From the NCBI GenBank assembly GCA_963835235.1, contig CAWIET010000003.1, positions 182,960 through 246,959 on the forward strand: a DNA stretch of 64,000 nucleotides. The letters run 5' to 3'. The translations under genes were made by a program, and so were the position numbers. Source of the DNA: an uncultured Armatimonadetes bacterium. GTDB lineage: Bacteria; Armatimonadota; Armatimonadia; Armatimonadales; Capsulimonadaceae. Below the pieces are notes generated by a model. That model was not told the origin of the DNA, searched no databases, and was given only the letters and a program-made list of their open reading frames with translations. Of the stretch, positions 1 to 9,009 are shown in pieces (position 1 is the first letter of the stretch; the number at the start of each line of letters is the position of its first letter).

Positions 1-20
1 ACGAGCCGCTTTCGTACCGC

Positions 21-875
21 ATGGCATACGGGGGCCTGTTTGTGTGTTCCGCGCTGCTGGTGGGGTTCGGGGTGGCGCTGGGGCTGTCGCTTTGGGTCAG
101 TCTGCTGTTCTGGGCGCTGTTTCTGCTGCTGGCGCTGACGTTCACGCGCATTCGCGCCGAGGCGGGGCTGCCCTGGGGCCATGAGCCGCCGGGGGGCGTG
201 CATGGCAACCTGGTCAACATGGGCGGCACGCTCTCGTTTCGGGAGCAGGACATGGTGGGGTTGTCGCTCTTGCGCTGGTGCGACAGCGATTGGCGCTGCC
301 TGCCGCAGCCGGGGGAATTGGAGGCGATGAAGCTGGCCGGAAGCGCGGAGCCGCGCCCGATGAACCCGCGCCACCTGACTGTGGCAATTCTGGCGGCGAT
401 TGTGGTGGGGACGCTTTCGGCGTGGGTGTCGTGCCTGGGCCTGTATTATCACTTTGGGGCAGCGAGCGCGTCTGTGAACTCCTGGCGGACAGGGCAGGGC
501 CATTATGCGTTTGAGGAATTGCAGGGCTGGCTGAACAACCCGCTGCCGCCGGACGGGGCGCGCATCAGCGGGGCGGTGGCGGGCCTGGTGGTGGTGAGCG
601 TGCTGTCGCTGCTGCGGGCGCGTTTTTCCTGGTGGCCTTTGCACCCGATTGGGTACGCGGTGGGCAACACAGATACGATGACGTGGATATGGTTTCCGGT
701 GCTGCTGGGGTGGGCGGTGAAGATGCTGGTCTTGCGCTATGGGGGCATCAAGTCTTACCGCCTGGCGCTGCCTTTGTTTCTGGGTCTGGTGCTGGGGGAC
801 TACGTTGTTTCGTGCCTGTGGGCCTTGTTCTTCTTGTTCACCGGCCACCCCGGATACAGAACCTTCCCCATTTAA
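21..875 (+). CDS. polytopic membrane protein of unknown function, probably 5'-partial (frame is open to the window edge)
   Basis: 284-aa ORF with several hydrophobic helices (LFVCSALLVGFGVALGLSLWVSLLFWALFLLLAL, WIWFPVLLGWAVKMLVL). No stop lies between position 3 and the first ATG. Confidence 0.5.
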   Translation: MAYGGLFVCSALLVGFGVALGLSLWVSLLFWALFLLLALTFTRIRAEAGLPWGHEPPGGVHGNLVNMGGTLSFREQDMVGLSLLRWCDSDWRCLPQPGELEAMKLAGSAEPRPMNPRHLTVAILAAIVVGTLSAWVSCLGLYYHFGAASASVNSWRTGQGHYAFEELQGWLNNPLPPDGARISGAVAGLVVVSVLSLLRARFSWWPLHPIGYAVGNTDTMTWIWFPVLLGWAVKMLVLRYGGIKSYRLALPLFLGLVLGDYVVSCLWALFFLFTGHPGYRTFPI

Positions 876-924
876 ACCGAACCGGTAGTGCTATGATTTA
901 AGTTGCTGTGGTAGTCTGTCTGGC

Positions 925-1221
925 ATGGTGACCCAGACCGTTTCTTGCTACCACTGCGGCAGTGCCGACCTTATCCGCTTCGGCTTTCAGAACAACAGGC
1001 AGCGCTACAAGTGCCGTACCTGTGGCAAAACCAGTCGGGCTAACAAAGGCAGCAACGCCTATGACGAAACCCGTAAGGCAGAAATCCTGGCTGCCTACCA
1101 TGAGCGTGGCTCGCTACGGGCGATGACACGCATCTTTGGCGTTGCCCCCAACACGGTGCTGTCCTGGCTCAAAAAAAGTCGCATGCCTGCCACCACTGTC
1201 GGCGATACTGCTGCCTTTTGA
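925..1221 (+). CDS. IS1 InsA-like protein (zinc finger plus HTH)
   Basis: CYHCGSADLIRFG...YKCRTCGKT zinc-finger pattern, then an HTH (GSLRAMTRIFGVAPNTVLSWLKK). The ORF runs through an A7 tract at 1171-1177. Confidence 0.65.
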   Translation: MVTQTVSCYHCGSADLIRFGFQNNRQRYKCRTCGKTSRANKGSNAYDETRKAEILAAYHERGSLRAMTRIFGVAPNTVLSWLKKSRMPATTVGDTAAF

Positions 1222-1491
1222 GTCAGAGGACGTTCTGGAGCTAGACGAGTTATGGTCGTTTGTCCTTCGGCGCTAGCACAAGAGATGGGTCTGGCTGGCT
1301 CAGTGTCGGCGAACTCGTCAGATCGTGGCCTACGCGATAGGGGGTGGGGCCAGAGGGAATGCCGCCTTCTTTGGCGTCGCATTCCGCAGGACTGCAAGAA
1401 GTGCGTCTTGTTCACCGACTTCTGGCGGGCTTATGCCAAAGTGCTGCCCCAAGACCAGCATCGTGCCACTGGCAAGGGTGACGGGCAGACC
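1178..1491 (+). pseudogene. IS1 InsB-like DDE transposase, disrupted and truncated
   Basis: DVLELDELWSFV, RQIVAYAIGG and CRLLWRRIPQDCKKCVLFTDFWRAYAKVLPQDQHRATGKGDGQT are recognisable. They need an in-frame TAG (1274-1276) and a frame change in the G-run near 1343-1352 to be joined. The C-terminal third is missing. Confidence 0.6.
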
Positions 1492-1499
1492 AGGCCAGG

Positions 1500-3140
1500 C
1501 GGCGCGGCATCGGGTTCGGGCGGCGCGGCTCCGCCGTGGGCAGCGCCGTCGCCCACTGCCTTGGGATGAGCGAGCACGACCCCCTCGCCCGCCGCATCTC
1601 ATTTGAACGCTTCCTCTCCAAAGGCCGGGCAAAGCCGTCGGACATAGACATTGACTTCCGCCATGACCTGCGCGACGAGATGATGACCTACGTCCGGGAC
1701 ACCTATGGCCATGACATGGTCGTCAACGTCTCCAACTATGTCACGTTCCGCGCCCGCTCGCTGCTGCGGGACTTGGGCAAGGCGCTGGGCTTTGACACCC
1801 CCGCCATGGAGCGCCTGCGGGAACTGCTGGGTTAGAGCCGGGGCGACGCACTGGCCGAGGAGATCGCGCGGACGCCGGAGATGCGGGCGCTGGGGCTGGA
1901 CACAGGGCAGTACGCCGACCTCTTTGCGCTGTGCGCCCAGCTCTCCGGCCTGCCCCGGCACCTGGGCACGCACAGCAGCGGCCTCGTGGTTTCTGATGTG
2001 CCGCTTGCCGGGGTCTGCCCGGTGCAGTGGGCGGCTAAAGGCGTGACGGTGGCGGCGCTGGACAAGGACGACGTGGAGGCGGAAGGAATCGGCCTCTTGA
2101 AGATGAACCAGCTGGCCCTGCGCGCGCTGACGGCCATTGACCGGACGATGGACAGCCTCGCTCTGCAGGATCCCACGTTTGATTATGCGGGCCGGGATCG
2201 GGAAGACCCGGAGACGCTGGCGATGATCCGGACGGCGGAGACGGTCGGGTGTTTCCAGCTGGAAAGCCCGGCGCAGATGGCGCTACAGTGGCGGCTGAAG
2301 GCGGGCCACTTTGACGACCTGGTCGCATCCGTCGCCCTGATCCGGCCCGGCCCCCTGCAGGGAGGCACCGTCGCGCCCTACATCCGGCGGCGGCACGGCT
2401 GGGCGCCGGTGACGTACCTGCTGCCGGAGCTGGAACCCGTGCTGCGCGACACCTATGGGCGCATCCTATTTCAGGATCAGGTGCTGGACGTGGTGCGGGT
2501 GGTGGGCAGCCTGACATCGGAGGAGGCGGACCAGTTCCAGCGGGCGATCACGCACGCGCGCAGCCTGGAGGAGATGGCAAAGCTTGGGCGCGGGCTGTAC
2601 GCGCGGGCACAGGGCAAGGGGATGGGGAAGAAGGCGTTTTCGCGGCTGTGGAAGCAGCTTCAAGGCTTTTCCCGGTACGGCTTCTGCCACGGGCACGCGG
2701 TGGCCTTTGCGGATCACGCGCAGGGGACGGCGTGGCTTCTGCGGCATCACCCAGCCCCGTTTCTGGCGGCGACGCTGTCTGTGGAGTCGTGCGGCTTCTG
2801 GCCGGTGTCCACGGTGGTGGCGGAGGCGCAGCGTCGGGGCGTTGCGGTGCGGGGACCGTGCGTCAACCGTTCATCCGGCGCGCAGTGGACGGTGGAAGAG
2901 GAAGGAAAGGCGATCCGCTGCTCCCTGGCGTATGTGCGGGAGTTGCGGCAGGCAGCGCCGCTGATGGAGGCGGAGCGTGCGGCGCGGGGCGTGTTCCAGA
3001 GCCTGCGAGACGCCTGCCGCCGGTGCGCGTTTCTGACGCGGGAGTAGTGGGAATGGCTGACACTGTCCGGGGCGCTGGACGGGTTGTGCGCGAGCCGGCG
3101 GGAGGCGCTGTGGTCGCTGCCCGCGCTGCACCAGGAGCAT
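1500..3140 (+). pseudogene. DNA polymerase III alpha / DnaE2-like fragment lacking the PHP domain and C-terminus, with two in-frame TAG codons
   Basis: GRRGSAVGSAVAHCLGMSEHDPL...FERFLS...PSDIDIDF matches the conserved DnaE palm segment. PRHLGTHSSGLVVS, GLLKMNQLALRAL, ALIRPGP and SRYGFCHGHAVAFA follow. One frame reads straight through TAG at 1833-1835 and TAG at 3045-3047 (...LTRE*WEWLTLSGALDGLCASRREALW). Confidence 0.6.
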
Positions 3141-3149
3141 AGGAAGGCC

Positions 3150-3475
3150 GGGCAGGTACGCCCCCGGGAGGCGGACGGACAGAGGGCGCTTCAGGAGCGA
3201 CAGCAGGTAGTTCTGGGCGTGCCTGGCACTGATTTGCCGGGCGTCTTCAACGCCTTCGCCCGCGCACCACTGCTCCCACAGGCGCAGAGCATCGCCGTAC
3301 ATCCGCAGGGTGCTTTCGCGGATGCCTTCGGCGCGGCGCGCCCGCCGGTATTCTTCGTGCAGATGGGCGAGGGGATGGAATGCGCCGGAAGCTCCTGCTG
3401 GCGTGTCAGCGAGCGTTTGGAAGCGTCTTTGGAGATGGCTTTAGCAGGGGGCTTGCCACGAAAAGCTGAGACCAC
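3150..3475 (-). pseudogene. tyrosine recombinase (phage-type integrase) N-terminal fragment, frameshifted
   Basis: HLHEEYRRARRAEGIRESTLRMYGDALRLWEQWCAGEGVEDARQISARHAQNYLLSLLKR resembles the SAM-like N-terminal domain of integrases. No catalytic domain follows, and the upstream part (KRSLTRQQEL) sits in another frame. Confidence 0.45.
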
Positions 3476-3638
3476 GAAACACCTCTTTCTGAGATACCCA
3501 GTTTCAGTGTGAAACTATCCATACTAGCGTAAATTAATTATAGATAGTATATCACAAATCACCAAAAAATCAACCTGACTGCTTTTTGTGCAATCAGGCT
3601 GATCTCAGGTCTCTTAAAAGGGTCGCTGGGGAAGAGAG

Positions 3639-3713
3639 GGCGAACGATGGGACTTGAACCCACGGCCTCCAGTGCCACAAACTGGCGTTCTAACCAACTG
3701 AACTACGCTCGCC
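3639..3713 (-). tRNA. tRNA-His (GUG)
   Basis: Reverse complement GGCGAGCGTAGTTCAGTTGGTTAGAACGCCAGTTTGTGGCACTGGAGGCCGTGGGTTCAAGTCCCATCGTTCGCC folds as a cloverleaf. The anticodon loop is TTGTGGC, the G-1:C73 pair is encoded and CCA is not encoded. Confidence 0.9.
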
Positions 3714-3869
3714 ATGATGCGCGCCCGTTTCGCTTCGGCCCGCAAGGCGTATTATACCCCGCCCTGACCGGCGGCTGTCAAGGCCAACTTTCTCGCTTTT
3801 GAGCGCGGTTCTTGACAAAGTCCGGCACGCCTGCCACAATGCGTCTGTTTTTCAAGAAAGGCAGACAAC

Positions 3870-4883
3870 ATGACAACTTCTTCCCCACGCGGCGCAGTCA
3901 TTGGCTATGGCGGCGCGTTTAACATGGGCAAAAGCCATCTCAACTGGATGCGAGACGCGGGCATTGACCCTGCTGCCGCCTGCGATGTGGATGCCGCGCG
4001 CGTCGCCGTCGCTGAGGCCGACTTTCCCGGCGTTCGCACCTACACAAGCGTGGAGGACTTGCTGGCCGACCCCGGCGTTGACCTGGTTACGCTGATTACC
4101 CCCCATAATACGCACGCCCCGCTCGCTGTTGCCGCCCTGAACGCGGGCAAGCACGTCGTGTGCGAAAAGCCGCTGTGCCTCACGGTGGCCGAAGCCGACG
4201 CCATGATGGGCGCCGCCCGGCGCGCGGGCAAAATGCTGTCCGTTTTCCACAATCGCCGCCATGATGGGGACTTTTTGATGCTCAAAGAGGCCCTCCTGGA
4301 GAAGAAATTGCTGGGTGACGTGTTTTCCATTCAGGCAGGCTTTGCGGGCTACGGGCATCCCGGCCACTGGTGGCGCTCCGACAAAGCCATCTCCGGCGGC
4401 GCGTTCTACGACTGGGGCGCGCACTTCCTGGACTGGATACTCAACCTGATGCCCGGCCAGAAAGTGCAAAGCGTTACCGGCTTCTTCCACAAGCGCGTGT
4501 GGCATGACGTGACCAATGAAGACCACGTGCAGGCCATTTTGCGCTTCCATAGCGGCGCGCACGCCGACCTGTCGTTCAGCAATATCAGCAGCGTTCCCCT
4601 GCCCCGCTGGCGCATTCTGGGCACGCAGGGCGGCATTCTGGACGACGGCACCGTGAAAGACGGCATGAAGTTCTTTACGAATGTAGAGGGCGTGAAGGTG
4701 CAGGGCGAATTGCGAAACAAGCCGTCCGCCTGGAACCGGTATTATGAAGGCATCTTTGCCCATCTCACGCAGGGCGCGCCGCTGGACGTGACACCGGAGT
4801 CGGCCCGCCGCGTGATTGCAATTATGGAGGCGGCAGAGAAGTCTGCGCGCACCGGGCAGGCGGAGCCGGTTCCCGGCGAATAA
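3870..4883 (+). CDS. Gfo/Idh/MocA family oxidoreductase
   Basis: N-terminal Rossmann segment (GAVIGYGGAFNMGKSH), the EKPL motif (HVVCEKPLCLTVAEADAMM) and a typical length of 337 aa. Confidence 0.8.
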   Translation: MTTSSPRGAVIGYGGAFNMGKSHLNWMRDAGIDPAAACDVDAARVAVAEADFPGVRTYTSVEDLLADPGVDLVTLITPHNTHAPLAVAALNAGKHVVCEKPLCLTVAEADAMMGAARRAGKMLSVFHNRRHDGDFLMLKEALLEKKLLGDVFSIQAGFAGYGHPGHWWRSDKAISGGAFYDWGAHFLDWILNLMPGQKVQSVTGFFHKRVWHDVTNEDHVQAILRFHSGAHADLSFSNISSVPLPRWRILGTQGGILDDGTVKDGMKFFTNVEGVKVQGELRNKPSAWNRYYEGIFAHLTQGAPLDVTPESARRVIAIMEAAEKSARTGQAEPVPGE

Positions 4884-4920
4884 AGCCAAAAAGCCCCCGC
4901 GCAGGCAGGAGAAACGCCCG

Positions 4921-4960
4921 CGCGCAGAACACGCTCCCGCGCAGAACACGCTCCCGCGCC
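4921..4960. repeat. 17-bp tandem duplication (CGCGCAGAACACGCTCC x2 plus a partial copy) upstream of the cyclase-STAND gene
   Basis: Direct reading: 4921-4937 and 4938-4954 are identical, followed by CGCGCC. Confidence 0.9.
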
Positions 4961-4996
4961 CTTTGCCTGCACGTGATTTTCAGGGAACGAACACTT

Positions 4997-7678
4997 ATGC
5001 CTGCCCTGCCGACCGGCACCGTCACATTCCTGTTCTCGGATTTGGAAGGCAGCACGCGGCTCTGGGAGGAGCGCGAAGAGGTCATGCCCGACGCGCTGGC
5101 TCGCCATGAGGCCCTCGCCGCTGAAATCTTCACGCGGCACGCGGGCGTTCTGGTGAAAAGCCGGGGCGAAGGCGACAGCTGCTTTGCGGTCTTTGACGAA
5201 GCCTCCGACGCGATTCTGGCGGCCTGCGCGTTTCAGCAGGCATTGATTTCGGAACCCTGGCCGGTCGGCGTCGCCCTGCGCGCGCGCATTGCCCTGCATA
5301 CGGGCGATGCCGAGCCGATCGGCGGCGATTACCTCGGCCCGCCGGTCAACCGGTGCGCCCGTCTGCGCGGCGTGGCACACGGCGGGCAGATTGTGCTGTC
5401 CGAGGCGACCGCCCAACTTGTTCGCGACACGCTCCCTGCCCCCTTCAGCCTGGTTGACCTGCGCGAGCACCGCCTGCGCGACCTGACGCGCCCGGAGCGC
5501 ATCTATCAGCTCACCCATCCGTCCCTGCCCGCCGACTTCCCGCCCCTGGTCACGCAGGACGTTCCGGTTCACAACCTGCCCCAGCCACTCACCAGTTTCG
5601 TGGGGCGCGCGCGGGAGAAAGCCGACGTGCAGCGTTTGCTGCCCCAGAACCGCCTGCTCACGCTGATTGGCACGGGCGGCAGCGGCAAAACGCGCCTGGC
5701 CCTGAGCGTCGCATCCGAACAAACCGGGGATTATGAAGGCGGCGTGTGCCTGGTGGAACTGGCCGCCCTGAGCAACCCGGCGCTCGTGCCTCAGGCGGTC
5801 GCGACGGCGCTCAACATCCGCGAGGCGGCAGGCCAATCCCTCACCGACACCCTGCGTAACACCCTGCGCGAGAAGGCTCGCCTGCTCGTGCTGGATAACT
5901 GCGAGCATCTTTTAGACGCCTGCGCGCGCTTAACAAACACGCTTCTGGGCGGCTGCCCGCGCCTGCGCGTTCTCGCCACAAGCCGTCAGGCGCTGGGCAT
6001 CGCGGGCGAATGCGTTTACCCGGTTCCCCCGCTGATGCCGCCGCTCCCTGCCAGCGCGCGCGCTCCCCTCGCCCCCAACGCGCTGGCCCAAAACGACGCC
6101 GTGCGCCTGTTCATGGAGCGCGCCGCTTTGAGCCAGCCCCATTTCGCATTGACCGCGCACAACGCCCCGCACGTTGCCGGGATTTGCCGCCAGCTGGACG
6201 GCCTGCCGCTCGGCATTGAACTGGCCGCCGCGTGGGTCAAGATGCTGTCCCCGGAGCAGATTGCCCGTCGGCTGCAAGACCGCTTCCGCCTGCTGACCGG
6301 CGGCTCGCGCACCGCCGCGCCGCGCCAGCAGACCATGCAGGCCGCTCTGGACTGGAGTTACGACCTGCTTTCCGACAGCGAGCGCAGCCTGTTTGGGCGC
6401 GTGTCGGTGTTTGCGGGCGGGTGGACATTGGACGCTGCCGAAGCCGTGTGCGCGGGCGATGGCCCCGATGGAACGCACATTGAGGAATGGGACGTGCTGG
6501 ATTTGCTGGCGTCGCTGGTGGAAAAGTCGCTGGTCGTGGCCGATGATGTGGACGGTCAGAAACGCTGCCGCCTGCTGGAAACCCTGCGCCAGTACAGCGA
6601 AGATCGCCAGCGGGAGACCGGCAGCCCGGACGCGATGCGCGCGCGCCACTGCAACTTCTTTCTCGCGCTGGCCGAGCGCGCCGAGCCGGAACTGCGGGGT
6701 GCTAATCAAGCCGAATGGCTGAACACGCTGGAGCGCGAGCACGACAACTTCCGCGTCGTTCTGGGCGACAGCGATTCACAGCATTGCCTGCGTCTGGGCA
6801 TCGCGCTGCACCGGTTCTGGTACGCGCGCGGCTACATTTCCGAAGGGCGCGGCTGGCTGGCCGGGGCGCTTTCCGAAACCGGGGACGCCGCTCTGCCTCT
6901 GCGCGCCAAGGGTCTGAACGCTCTGGGCGTTCTCGCCTGGGCGCAGGCCGATTACGCCGCCGCCTGCGCCTGCCATCAGGAAGCCCTTGCGCTGTTCCAT
7001 CAGCAGCAAGACTCGGCAGGCATTGCCAGAACGCTGATGAATCTAGGCATCGTCTCCGACTACCAGCAGGAGTACGAGCAGGCGAGCGCCTTTTATGACG
7101 AAAGCATCTCCATCTTCCGCGCGCGCGGCGACATGAAATCCGTCGCGCACGTGCTGAATAATCGGGGCGCGCACTTTATTCATCGCAGCGAGCCAGCCGC
7201 CGCCATTCCGTTTCTTCAAGAGAGTCTTGCCATTCGGCAGACATTAAGCGATCAGGCTGGCATCGCGTCCGTGCTTTATGATCTGGGCATGGTGGCCTGC
7301 GAGCAGCAGCAGTGGCCGGAAGCGCGCGCCTCTTTACGGGAAGCCCTGCGTATTCGCCATGCGCTGGGGGACTTACGCAACATCGCCTTTGTGCTGCTGT
7401 ACCTCGCCTGGGTCGAGCAGGCGCTGGGGAGCGGTCTGCGCGCCGCGCGCCTGCTGGGTGCGACAGAAACGGCCTACGAACAGGCCAAAGCGCCCAAGCA
7501 CCCCAACGAGCACGACACGCAGAAACGCATTGCCGCCGCTCTGGGGGACGAGATCGGGGAGGAATATTACGCGCTGCTGTGCAATGAAGGCAAAACGATG
7601 ACAACACAGCAAGCGGTCGCGTATGCACTGGAACTGCCTGCCGGGGAAACAGGAGACGACGACAATGCACCGCATTAA
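4997..7678 (+). CDS. class III adenylate/guanylate cyclase domain fused to a STAND (NB-ARC-like) ATPase and TPR repeats
   Basis: GTVTFLFSDLEGSTRLWEE and RIALHTGDAEP...GPPVNRCARL (cyclase domain). Walker A is LIGTGGSGKTRLAL. The C-terminus carries repeated TPR-like helices (LNALGVLAWAQADYAAACACHQEAL, LMNLGIVSDYQQEYEQA). The start was moved to the ATG at 4997. Confidence 0.8.
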   Translation: MPALPTGTVTFLFSDLEGSTRLWEEREEVMPDALARHEALAAEIFTRHAGVLVKSRGEGDSCFAVFDEASDAILAACAFQQALISEPWPVGVALRARIALHTGDAEPIGGDYLGPPVNRCARLRGVAHGGQIVLSEATAQLVRDTLPAPFSLVDLREHRLRDLTRPERIYQLTHPSLPADFPPLVTQDVPVHNLPQPLTSFVGRAREKADVQRLLPQNRLLTLIGTGGSGKTRLALSVASEQTGDYEGGVCLVELAALSNPALVPQAVATALNIREAAGQSLTDTLRNTLREKARLLVLDNCEHLLDACARLTNTLLGGCPRLRVLATSRQALGIAGECVYPVPPLMPPLPASARAPLAPNALAQNDAVRLFMERAALSQPHFALTAHNAPHVAGICRQLDGLPLGIELAAAWVKMLSPEQIARRLQDRFRLLTGGSRTAAPRQQTMQAALDWSYDLLSDSERSLFGRVSVFAGGWTLDAAEAVCAGDGPDGTHIEEWDVLDLLASLVEKSLVVADDVDGQKRCRLLETLRQYSEDRQRETGSPDAMRARHCNFFLALAERAEPELRGANQAEWLNTLEREHDNFRVVLGDSDSQHCLRLGIALHRFWYARGYISEGRGWLAGALSETGDAALPLRAKGLNALGVLAWAQADYAAACACHQEALALFHQQQDSAGIARTLMNLGIVSDYQQEYEQASAFYDESISIFRARGDMKSVAHVLNNRGAHFIHRSEPAAAIPFLQESLAIRQTLSDQAGIASVLYDLGMVACEQQQWPEARASLREALRIRHALGDLRNIAFVLLYLAWVEQALGSGLRAARLLGATETAYEQAKAPKHPNEHDTQKRIAAALGDEIGEEYYALLCNEGKTMTTQQAVAYALELPAGETGDDDNAPH

Positions 7679-8162
7679 AATTAACTTCAGTCGAGCCGTG
7701 TTCGCGCTGGCGGCGAGCCTCATTTTCTGCGTCGGCAGACCTTCCCTGGCACAAGCAAACATCACGCAAAGCGATCCCCTCGTGACGCGCTTTTATGACC
7801 ATGACCCGCTGCAAGTCGTGGTGACTTATGACCCGGACGGCCACCAGATTCACGCGCTCATTATACGCGCCTGCGACGCCTCCAGCAAGTTGGATGTCAA
7901 CGTGACGGTTCCCGGCCAGCCCCCGCAGAGCGCTCAACTGATGCAGGGACAACTCGGCCATCTCACCATTCCCTGCATTGTGGGCGGCGCATACAGCATC
8001 ACCATCGTGCTGGAAGCCACCGTGAACGGCGTCACCAAAACGACTTACCTTCCCCTGCTTGTCACCTGCGGGCAGCGCGACGCTGGTCGCCATCACCATC
8101 ACTACCATCAGCATCACTTCCGGCATTTCCGCCAAAGCCGCCCGAAACGCCCCGGCTCCTAA
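7665..8162 (+). CDS. small secreted protein with a His-rich C-terminal tail, unknown function
   Basis: Signal-peptide-like N-terminus (MHRIKINFSRAVFALAASLIFCVGRPSLAQA) with AGGAG 10 nt upstream. The tail is GRHHHHYHQHHFRHFRQ. The start overlaps the stop of the upstream gene. Confidence 0.55.
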   Translation: MHRIKINFSRAVFALAASLIFCVGRPSLAQANITQSDPLVTRFYDHDPLQVVVTYDPDGHQIHALIIRACDASSKLDVNVTVPGQPPQSAQLMQGQLGHLTIPCIVGGAYSITIVLEATVNGVTKTTYLPLLVTCGQRDAGRHHHHYHQHHFRHFRQSRPKRPGS

Positions 8163-8311
8163 CGAGAACTGAACAAGAAGGAATACGCCCGTTTCTTGGA
8201 GAATAGCGACGCAGCGGCGGCAGCCAGAACAAACACCACAACAAACAGCAGCCCGCGCTTCAGGCAAGTCAAGCAAGACCAACGCAAGTGACCACACAGG
8301 AGGAACGAGAA

Positions 8312-9007
8312 ATGCGTAAGTCAACCCGCTGGCTCACCCAGAGCCGCCTTCTTCTCGCCGGAGCAGGACTTCTGCTCCTTTCCCACCCCGCAATGGCTGC
8401 CTCTGTTGGCAAAAATACATCTGCTCTTCCGTCTAGTCCTACTTCGTCTTCTTCCGTGACCCTTTCCGCATTACAAAAGACGCTGGTTTCCAACCATACT
8501 GACCATGACCCGTTGTGTATAAATATATACGACGCCAGTACACCACTACCTTCAATAACAGGTGTGACAGTTGCCCCCAATAATGGAAATCCGTCCCATG
8601 ATATTCTTCTTGTAGGGCATCCATACACAGTTGTTGTGTTCACTGACTACATGAACCCTAACTCCAAGGAACGTGTAGAATTGAGGATGTATTATATATC
8701 ACTCAATTCCTCAGGGAACCCTGTCCTGACACCTTTACCTGATAGGCACAATGTGTGTTACACCATCACGCCCGTTCCTACACCTCCTTCCATGCCTGGA
8801 ATAACGATGTTTACAGTTACATTCACGGATAAAGTATTCTATCTTGGTCTTGATACTGGCGACAATGAAAGCCACTTGAAGCGTAAAATGATGATTGGAG
8901 CAGTGACAATTGATACTACAGATATTAGTCAAGAACCTGCCGGTCATGTGCGCTATAAGGAACTTTTCTTGGAGCCAGTCTCCTTGCTCTTGAAGGATGA
9001 CCAGTAA
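8312..9007 (+). CDS. secreted protein of unknown function in a low-GC segment; distant paralog of 7665-8162
   Basis: AGGAGG lies 8 nt upstream of the ATG. The signal peptide is MRKSTRWLTQSRLLLAGAGLLLLSHPAMA. It shares a DHDPL motif with the preceding protein. Four 60-nt lines counted by hand gave 38-48% GC. Confidence 0.55.
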   Translation: MRKSTRWLTQSRLLLAGAGLLLLSHPAMAASVGKNTSALPSSPTSSSSVTLSALQKTLVSNHTDHDPLCINIYDASTPLPSITGVTVAPNNGNPSHDILLVGHPYTVVVFTDYMNPNSKERVELRMYYISLNSSGNPVLTPLPDRHNVCYTITPVPTPPSMPGITMFTVTFTDKVFYLGLDTGDNESHLKRKMMIGAVTIDTTDISQEPAGHVRYKELFLEPVSLLLKDDQ

Positions 9008-9009
9008 CT

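Larger units (their letters stand above)
884..1500 (+). mobile_element. IS1-family insertion sequence remnant; left end present, 3' third deleted
   Basis: GGTAGTGCT at 884 resembles the IS1 left inverted repeat (GGTGATGCT). It is followed by an InsA-like ORF and a broken InsB-like reading frame. Homology stops after GKGDGQT (about 1491) and no right end is seen. Confidence 0.65.

Noticed and set aside
1274-3047. Pyrrolysine or genome-wide TAG reassignment as the explanation for the in-frame TAG codons
   Set aside because: dnaA in this window terminates at TAG exactly where homologs end. No pyl genes or suppressor tRNA are visible. The same genes carry frameshifts and truncations. Ordinary decay is the default, and the possible recoded-donor origin is kept only as a low-priority finding.
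3852-4949. 365-aa minus-strand ORF covering the whole Gfo/Idh/MocA gene
   Set aside because: It is antisense to a gene with clear family motifs, and its product is Ala/Arg/Gly-rich with no recognisable motif. This is a typical shadow ORF of high-GC coding DNA. The same applies to 4742-5908(-), 5930-6742(-) and 7176-8324(-).
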